From Acidobacteriota bacterium (GTDB taxonomy: Bacteria > Acidobacteriota > Vicinamibacteria > Vicinamibacterales > UBA2999), in contig JAKFYH010000028.1 in NCBI GenBank assembly GCA_021730945.1, forward strand, positions 1,472-65,471: a stretch of DNA of 64,000 bases, written 5' to 3'. Numbering within the stretch: the stretch's first letter is position 1; each line of letters opens with the position of its first letter. Below, piece by piece: positions 58,134 to 64,000 of this stretch. The notes under the pieces were generated by a model, which made no database searches, had not been told where the DNA came from, and was given only the letters and a program-made list of their open reading frames with translations. The position numbers and the translations under genes were made by a program.

Positions 58134-58702
58134 CGGGCGCCTGCATTCTGCCTCGCGCGAACGGCCGCCGCCAGGTCAGACAGTCGCATCGGTGTAATCG
58201 ATTGAAACGTAGGAGGGCGCTGGGCACCAATTTCGGTCAGCGTCCCAAGTGCCCGGCCGTCATTGGTCCGAACCCGATCGATGCCGTCCGCGGTTCCACG
58301 CTCAACTCGGAAACGTCCGTAGGACAAGCCAACCAGCGGACTGATCGATTTAGCGGTGCCAGCCACGAACAACACGCTACGCTGGCCGTTCACGAAATTC
58401 GGCATACCCGCCACTTGCAACGTCAGGTCGCCGACGGTTCCGCCGAGAAACTGAAGCTGCGTCATCGCCCCGACCGTGCCCTTCCACACATCCTCAACCC
58501 GAAAGGTCACGATGGTGTGGATGGTTCGGCCTTGGGACGAAGTGTCCATCACGGAGCGCTGGCTGATGACCTCCCCGACAAAGATCGTCTGGGCTTCCGC
58601 GACGAGCTGGTCAAAAGTGGGTGGGATGACACTGGTGGAACGAGCCACGCCGGTCGCGGCCAGGGTACAGACCAGGGTCGCCAGCAACAGGCGTCGGAAC
58701 AT
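58130..58702 (-). CDS. Hypothetical secreted protein, translationally coupled to the metalloprotease
   Basis: The start is 'MFRRLLLATLVCTLAATGVARS' at 58702, and its stop overlaps the protease ATG (ATGA). The 600-aa track ORF is a read-through artefact. Confidence 0.45.
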   Translation of the reverse strand: MFRRLLLATLVCTLAATGVARSTSVIPPTFDQLVAEAQTIFVGEVISQRSVMDTSSQGRTIHTIVTFRVEDVWKGTVGAMTQLQFLGGTVGDLTLQVAGMPNFVNGQRSVLFVAGTAKSISPLVGLSYGRFRVERGTADGIDRVRTNDGRALGTLTEIGAQRPPTFQSITPMRLSDLAAAVRARQNAGAR

Positions 58703-58730
58703 CAGGAAGCCTCCTCTGGGGACAGGATAG

Positions 58731-58818
58731 CTGAAGTGCTGGGGTGCTGAAGTGCTGAAGTGCCGGGGTGCTGAGGTGCTGAGGTGCACATCAGCACCCG
58801 AGCACCCGAGCACCCCAG
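58731..58818. repeat. Octamer array, 7 forward plus 4 inverted units
   Basis: ctgaagtg, ctggggtg, ctgaagtg, ctgaagtg, ccggggtg, ctgaggtg and ctgaggtg span 58731-58786. Then come cacatcag, cacccgag, cacccgag and caccccag (58787-58818). cacccgag is the reverse complement of ctcgggtg, the unit seen at 33429-33462. Confidence 0.85.
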
Positions 58819-58827
58819 CACTGGAAT

Positions 58828-59370
58828 CTATCCGATCGTGAACGGGATGCTGGCGCGGGTGGTGCCCCAATCGATGTGGAGCGTGGCGCCGGCCGGCGTG
58901 TCGTCGATCGAGAAGGTGAGCTGCTCGGCGGCGGCCGGGGCCTTGCCGAGAGTCATTGGGGCGCGGCCGAGGTCTTCGCCCTTGGGATAGGGGATGCCCC
59001 ACTGGCCGGTCTTCTTGCTGACCACCAGGTGCCAGGTGCCGCCGGTGGGGATGGTGTAGAGCGTGTAGGTGCCGGCCGGCACGTGCAGCGAGCCGAACAT
59101 CAGCGCCTTGCTGGTCGTCAAGGTCGTGGCGGCGTCGGCGCCGGTGCGCCACTCGCGGCCCTCGTACGGGTCGATGTCCTTGCCGGGCGTGCGGCCCTTC
59201 AGGGAGGGCCGGCCGTATTCGATCGAGAGGTTGCCGCCATCGATGGTCCATTCGGTGCGGACGTGCGGGCTGCCGCCGCCGCCGGTCTTGAGGTCGGTCG
59301 TCTTCTGCGCGCTTACGGCACCGCCAAATGCCGTCGCGACAATCGCGAGGGCCAGAACAATTCGCTTCAT
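58828..59370 (-). CDS. Secreted DUF2911-like protein
   Basis: 180 aa with a signal peptide. 'IEYGRPSLKGR...WRTGADAATTLTT...L.VPAGTYTLYTIP' resembles the DUF2911 family as I recall it. Confidence 0.55.
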   Translation of the reverse strand: MKRIVLALAIVATAFGGAVSAQKTTDLKTGGGGSPHVRTEWTIDGGNLSIEYGRPSLKGRTPGKDIDPYEGREWRTGADAATTLTTSKALMFGSLHVPAGTYTLYTIPTGGTWHLVVSKKTGQWGIPYPKGEDLGRAPMTLGKAPAAAEQLTFSIDDTPAGATLHIDWGTTRASIPFTIG

Positions 59371-59525
59371 CAGTGTCTCCTTCGCACGGCCGAGCTTGGC
59401 CTAGCGTGATCAGAGGATCATCGTAACCCGGGAGGCGACAAAACCGCGCTTCGGCGGTTCGCCCCATCCAATCCCGGCGTTGAGGTTTGCCGGGTTCTGT
59501 GTGACCCTTTCGGGTTGAGGATGTT

Positions 59526-62093
59526 ATGAGCGCCCCCCGCGTCTGGCATTCGCTCAGCTGGCGCCTGCTGAGCGCTATTTCGCTGCTGCTGGCCTCGATG
59601 CTGGCCGTGGTGCTGTGGTTCGCGACCCGGGAAGTGCAGTCGGCGCTGACGGAGGCGTCATCGGAACGGGCCCAATCGAGCGCCGCGGAAGTCGCGTCGC
59701 TGCTTGAAGAGTCGTCGCGCGTCGGATTGGCGCAACTGCGCCTGGCGGCCGCGCATCCCGACGTGAGGGCCTTTCTGCGGACTCGCGACCCCGAGCGGCT
59801 CGGTCTGGCCGAGGACGCGATGCGGAGGCCAGCCGGAAACCAGCGCCCACGCACAGTCACGCTGTGGTCCCTCGATAACGTCAAAGTCGCCGAGGTCGTG
59901 CTGGCCGATGAAACCGTGGCCGACCGCCTCATGCCGTCGCCAACCGGCGCGCCGGCGCAAGAGGGTATCGGTCCGTTCCGCTCGCTCGACGGGCTGACCT
60001 ACTTCGATGTGTCGGCGCTTGTCAGCGACGACTATCCCGGCCTCAACGGACTGGGCACGGTGGTCCTGCGCAGCCCGATCAACCCCGCCTCGGCGGAGGT
60101 GCTGCGCCGCCTGGTGGGACCCGACACCAGGATCCACTTCGGCAACGCCGATGGCAGCCTGTGGTTTGACATTTCGACGGGAGTCGCCGAGGCCGGTCCG
60201 CCCGCTGATCCCGGCGGCGACACGGCGGCGATTCTCGCCTCGGTCATGGTCCGCAATACTCCATGGCTTGTCAGCGTGGAGATGGATCCGGTTGCGACCG
60301 CCGCGCCGGCCCGCCAGTTCCTGCGGCGGATGATCGGCTTTGGCGCGCTGTTCTCCATCACCGGCATCCTGATTGTCGCGGCGATCCTGCGGCGCCTGAC
60401 CACGCCGCTGGCCGAACTCACGGCCGCGACCGAGGCCGTGGCCGCGGGCGATTACTCGCGCAAATTCGGCGATCAGCGGCTGGACGAAGTCGGGCGACTG
60501 GGCCGGGCCTTCGACGCGATGACGGCGACCATCGATCGCGATGTCTCCGAGCGCAAGGAAGCCGCGCGCCGGCTGCAGGAGAACGAAGATCGCATGCGCT
60601 ACACGCTGGGCGCGGCACGAGTCGGCACCTGGCAGATGGAGATGGAAAGTCTCGACGTGCGCTTCTCCGACAACATGGCGCCGCTGTTCGGGCTGGCGCC
60701 GCCGGAGCTGCCCGAGTCCAAGGACGGCGTCATCGCGCTGATTCACCCGGATGACCGGGAGGCGGTCATCGCGTGTATGGCGCGCGAGGCCTGCGACGAC
60801 CGCGATCACGAAATTCAGTTCCGCGCCCTGCAGCCAGACGGTTCGTACAAGTGGGCGCTCGGCCGCTCTCGCATGACGACCGATGCCACCGGCGCCTCCC
60901 GCATCCTCGGAGTGTGTTTCGACATCTCGGAGCAGCGCCTTCTCGAGGAGCGGCTGATGCAGTCGCAGAAGATGGACGCGATCGGCAAGCTGGCCGGCGG
61001 CGTCGCTCACGACTTCAACAACCTGCTGACCGCGATCCTGGGTTTCGGGCAATTCCTGCTCGACAGCCTCGACGCTGGCGACTCGCGCCGCGGGCAGGTC
61101 GAGGAGATCCTGCGGGCGGGCCGCCGCGCGGCCGATCTCACCGCGCAGTTGCTGTCGTTCAGCCGCCAGCAATTGGTGCAGCCTGCAGTGGTCGATCCCA
61201 ATGCCGCCGTGACCGAGACGCTCAGCCTGCTCAGCCGGCTGGTGGGGGAGAACATCGTGGTCGAAGCGCGCCTGGACCCCGGCATCGGCATGGTGCGCGC
61301 GGACCCGGCACAGTTGCAGCAGATCGTGATGAACCTGGTAATCAACGCGCGCGACGCCATGCCCGAGGGCGGCCGCCTGACCGTCGAGACGGCCAACGTC
61401 ACGATGGATCAGTCGTACAGCACGCCGCAGTTCGCGGTCACGCCGGGCGACTACGTCATGCTGGCCGTCGTCGACACCGGCGTCGGCATCACCGACGAGG
61501 TGCGGGCGCGGATGTTCGAACCCTTCTTCACGACCAAGGCGCGGGGACAGGGCACCGGTCTTGGCCTGGCCACGGTCTACGGCGCGGTCAAACAGTGCGG
61601 CGGCTATGTCTGGGTCTACAGCGACCCCGGCCGTGGCAGCACCTTCAAGGTGTACTTGCCCAGACTGGCGGCTGACGCCATACCGGCCGTGACGGCGCCG
61701 GTGCCGGATCGGCCCGCCGGCGGCACCGAGACCCTGTTGTTGGTGGAGGATGAGGAAGCCGTGCGCTCGCTGACCAGCATGATCCTGGAACGGGCCGGCT
61801 ATCGCGTGGTGGCGGCGGCGAACGCACGCGAAGCCGAGGCCTTGCATCTTGACTACTCGGGTGCCATCACGTTGCTGCTGACCGACGTGGTGCTGCCGGG
61901 CGCCAGCGGGCCCGAATTGTTTCAGCGCCTGGCGATGCGCGATCCCCGCCTCAAGGTGCTCTACATGTCCGGCTACACCGACGATGCGGTGTTCCGGACC
62001 GGCCGATTGCAGCCGGGCGTGGCGTTCATCCAGAAGCCGTTCTCGGCCGAGGGAATTCGGCGCAAGGTGCGGGAGGTGATTGATGGGCAATAG
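59526..62093 (+). CDS. Hybrid sensor histidine kinase (periplasmic sensor-HAMP-PAS-HisKA-HATPase-REC)
   Basis: 855 aa with two TM segments and a HAMP region ('[17 protein letters not shown]'). It has the H-box '[12 protein letters not shown]', the G-boxes 'DTGVGI' and 'GTGLGL', and a receiver '[11 protein letters not shown]...[10 protein letters not shown]'. Confidence 0.85.
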   Translation: MSAPRVWHSLSWRLLSAISLLLASMLAVVLWFATREVQSALTEASSERAQSSAAEVASLLEESSRVGLAQLRLAAAHPDVRAFLRTRDPERLGLAEDAMRRPAGNQRPRTVTLWSLDNVKVAEVVLADETVADRLMPSPTGAPAQEGIGPFRSLDGLTYFDVSALVSDDYPGLNGLGTVVLRSPINPASAEVLRRLVGPDTRIHFGNADGSLWFDISTGVAEAGPPADPGGDTAAILASVMVRNTPWLVSVEMDPVATAAPARQFLRRMIGFGALFSITGILIVAAILRRLTTPLAELTAATEAVAAGDYSRKFGDQRLDEVGRLGRAFDAMTATIDRDVSERKEAARRLQENEDRMRYTLGAARVGTWQMEMESLDVRFSDNMAPLFGLAPPELPESKDGVIALIHPDDREAVIACMAREACDDRDHEIQFRALQPDGSYKWALGRSRMTTDATGASRILGVCFDISEQRLLEERLMQSQKMDAIGKLAGGVAHDFNNLLTAILGFGQFLLDSLDAGDSRRGQVEEILRAGRRAADLTAQLLSFSRQQLVQPAVVDPNAAVTETLSLLSRLVGENIVVEARLDPGIGMVRADPAQLQQIVMNLVINARDAMPEGGRLTVETANVTMDQSYSTPQFAVTPGDYVMLAVVDTGVGITDEVRARMFEPFFTTKARGQGTGLGLATVYGAVKQCGGYVWVYSDPGRGSTFKVYLPRLAADAIPAVTAPVPDRPAGGTETLLLVEDEEAVRSLTSMILERAGYRVVAAANAREAEALHLDYSGAITLLLTDVVLPGASGPELFQRLAMRDPRLKVLYMSGYTDDAVFRTGRLQPGVAFIQKPFSAEGIRRKVREVIDGQ

Positions 62094-62229
62094 ATCAGGA
62101 CTTGGCGCGGTACCTGGTTTCTGCACTGCCGATGCATGGAGCTGATGCCAGAAACTGCCAACTTCCAGTCTACCGCGACGACTTTCAGGCCATAAGTCCA
62201 GTGGCACAGGCCGTGCTCCTTCTCGTGGC

Positions 62230-62616
62230 ATGGACAAGAACGAACTCCAGGAGCGAAGCCTGAGATTTGCCGTGGCGATTACCGGCTTCACGAACGTCAT
62301 GCGAGAAAACCCGGCGAGCCGCGGACCCGCGGACCAGTTGTCTCGTTGCGCCACCTCGGTGGGCGCAAACTACCGCGCCGCCTGCCGCGCGCGGTCGCGG
62401 GCCGAGTTCATTTCGAAGCTGGGGATTGTCGTCGAGGAAATTGACGAGGCCGTCTATTGGATCGAACTCGTGTCCCGTAGCGGCTTGACGTCAACGCCTG
62501 CTCTGGAAGGATTACTAGACGAGGCGCAGCAGCTGCGCGCGATCTTCGCCGCTTCCTATGGCACGGCGCGCAAGAATCATCAGCTTGCCCAGAAGCACCA
62601 TCGTCTCATTCGATGA
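62230..62616 (+). CDS. Four-helix-bundle protein (23S rRNA IVS protein / Avd-like family)
   Basis: 128 aa: 'RSLRFAV...QL.RCATSVGANY.AACRARSRAEFISKLGIVVEEIDEAVYWIEL'. It is visibly lower in G+C than its neighbours. Confidence 0.75.
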   Translation: MDKNELQERSLRFAVAITGFTNVMRENPASRGPADQLSRCATSVGANYRAACRARSRAEFISKLGIVVEEIDEAVYWIELVSRSGLTSTPALEGLLDEAQQLRAIFAASYGTARKNHQLAQKHHRLIR

Positions 62617-62622
62617 CGTGCT

Positions 62623-62700
62623 CCCCAAATCCCAAATCCCAAATCCCCAAATCAGAGAGCCAAATCTCCAACTCGCCAACTCACCACATCACCAAATCAC
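62623..62700. repeat. Heptamer (CCCAAAT) tandem array decaying into CCAA[A/C]TC words
   Basis: cccaaat occurs three times, then ccccaaat. After that come cagagag, ccaaatc, tccaactc, gccaactc, accacatc and accaaatc. Confidence 0.75.
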
Positions 62701-62715
62701 CTGTCCCGCCCGCGC

Positions 62716-63885
62716 CTAACACGCCGTCTGCGTCCGCTCGACACCCAGATCGAACGCCGGTCGCAGCCGCGTCCCGGCGATGTTGCCGGCAAACGCCGCC
62801 ACCAGCCACAGCCAGCCATGAAAGCTGCCCGAGGCGATGCCGCCGAAATACGCGCCGATGTTGCAGCCGTAGGAGATGCGGGCACCGTAGCCGAGCAGCA
62901 GGCCGCCAATTACCGCCGCGACCAACGACCGGTTCGACACCTTCCACACCGGGGCAAACTTGCCGGCCAGGATCGCGGCCATCAGCGCGCCGAGAATGAT
63001 GCCGATGTCCATCACCGAGGTGGCGTCGGTGAGCACGCTGGCGCGTAGCGCCGTGGCCTGCGCCGGTGTCGACCAGTAGGCCCACGACGCGACGTCGATG
63101 CCGAGTGCCGAGAATCCCTTCGCGCCCCAGAGCGCAAATGCCCCGGTCACCCCCCACGGGCGTCCGCCAATCATCAGGGTGGCGATGTTCACAGCCGCCA
63201 GGCCGATCGCGCCGGCGACAAGCGGCCAGGGGCCGGAGAGCCACCGCGGTTGGTGGCCGGCTTGAATCTCAGACACGATCTCGCCGTGCCGGCGCTGTTC
63301 GGCCACGCGTGTGAACCAGGCGATACCGGCGAACAGGGCGAGGCACACCGCCAGTCCGGCCCACGGCCCCATCACGGTCACGACCGACGTGGCGGCGAAG
63401 GCCGGCTGCGCGTTCCACCACGGCGTGTGCGCCGTGCCGACCACCGAGCCGACAATGAAGAAGAAGAGCGTGACCAGCATGCGGGTGCTGCCGCCGCCGA
63501 CGCTGAAGAGCGTGCCCGACGCGCAGCCGCCGCCCAGTTGCATGCCCAGGCCGAAGATGAAGGCACCGGCGACGACGCCGATCCCCGCGGGCGAAATCGA
63601 TCCGCGCACCGGTTGCCCCCACACCGAACCGGCGGCGATCAACGGGAAGAACACGGCGCAGGTAAGGGCCAGCATCAGCATCTGCGCGCGCAGCCCGGCG
63701 CCGCGGCGATCGGCAATGAAGGCGCGCCAGGCCGAGGTGAAGCCGAAGGCGGCGTGATAGAGAACGATGCCGGCGCCGGCACCGACGAAGAACAGGGCCG
63801 CCTGTCGCCAACTGACTGCGGCATTCAGGTACCACCCCGCCAGGGCGATGGTGGCGAGCGTGATGACCGCCGATCCGGGCACCAT
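62716..63885 (-). CDS. YeeE/YedE-family sulfur/selenium-compound transporter
   Basis: 389 aa, polytopic, with the two signature Cys loops 'GGGCASGTLF' and 'SYGCNIGAYF'. Confidence 0.85.
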   Translation of the reverse strand: MVPGSAVITLATIALAGWYLNAAVSWRQAALFFVGAGAGIVLYHAAFGFTSAWRAFIADRRGAGLRAQMLMLALTCAVFFPLIAAGSVWGQPVRGSISPAGIGVVAGAFIFGLGMQLGGGCASGTLFSVGGGSTRMLVTLFFFIVGSVVGTAHTPWWNAQPAFAATSVVTVMGPWAGLAVCLALFAGIAWFTRVAEQRRHGEIVSEIQAGHQPRWLSGPWPLVAGAIGLAAVNIATLMIGGRPWGVTGAFALWGAKGFSALGIDVASWAYWSTPAQATALRASVLTDATSVMDIGIILGALMAAILAGKFAPVWKVSNRSLVAAVIGGLLLGYGARISYGCNIGAYFGGIASGSFHGWLWLVAAFAGNIAGTRLRPAFDLGVERTQTAC

Positions 63886-63894
63886 CCGGCCGCC

Positions 63895-64000
63895 TAGAAC
63901 CTGACGCCCGCGCTCACGCCCAATGTGCGTGGCCGGCCGTTCTCGCCGATGAACCCCGACGGCGCGAAGCCCTGGTAGGGGATGGCAATCGGCACATACA
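63895..64000 (-). CDS. 3' end of an outer-membrane beta-barrel protein gene (partial)
   Basis: The minus-strand reading ends '...FIGENGRPRTLGVSAGVRF*', a C-terminal Phe typical of OM barrels. Only about 35 codons fall inside the window. Confidence 0.35.

Noticed and set aside
58130-59932. A 600-aa ORF on the minus strand spanning the DUF2911 gene and the octamer array.
   Set aside because: Only the C-terminal 190 aa (from 'MFRRLLLATL', 58702) look like protein. The upstream part is Arg/Pro-rich nonsense reading through the repeat array, out of frame with the real DUF2911 gene.
62230-62616. A diversity-generating retroelement implied by the Avd-like four-helix-bundle gene.
   Set aside because: There is no reverse transcriptase ORF and no template/variable repeat pair anywhere in the window.

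Overview
This is a high-G+C bacterial chromosomal segment. The gene families point to an Acidobacteriota-like organism, which is inference only: an ADOP-type duplicated FtsX permease, an Oar-like TonB-dependent receptor with a carboxypeptidase-regulatory N-domain, tandem ExbD genes, a quinohemoprotein PQQ dehydrogenase and many signal-peptide proteins. I can support about 55 protein genes, and most are housekeeping: exbD x2, rel/spoT, ridA, rpmB, dksA, lon, the ileS-lspA-lgt-rluD block, two M16 peptidases, the thiD-moaE-moaD-prfA-prmC-HIT block, bioY, class I fumarase, erpA and a hybrid histidine kinase. There is one RNA gene, a tRNA-Sec (selC) at 55149-55244. I see no rRNA, CRISPR array, transposase, integrase, reverse transcriptase or recognisable defence or toxin-antitoxin module.

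The content worth a second look is as follows.
- A co-directional minus-strand block (37721-49289) holds two unknown exported proteins, a 2134-aa Ig-like/HYR giant surface protein, an orphan ADOP permease and a signal-peptide methyltransferase.
- A 67-nt three-way-junction palindrome sits in frame inside ileS.
- A perfect 101-bp tandem duplication lies across the M16/HAD gene junction and keeps the ATGA stop/start coupling.
- Short tandem oligomer arrays (7-, 8- and 18-mers) fill several intergenic spacers, and two of these loci share the unit CTCGGGTG.
- One ORF fuses a Fur-like domain to a rubrerythrin-like di-iron domain.
- An ABC-ATPase homologue has every catalytic motif degenerate.
- An A+T-rich pocket and a 552-bp non-coding gap are both unexplained.

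All protein calls rest on motifs I recognised by eye in the supplied translations. No searches or computations were run. I did not find a convincing novel multi-gene system. The candidates above are ranked honestly as moderate interest.
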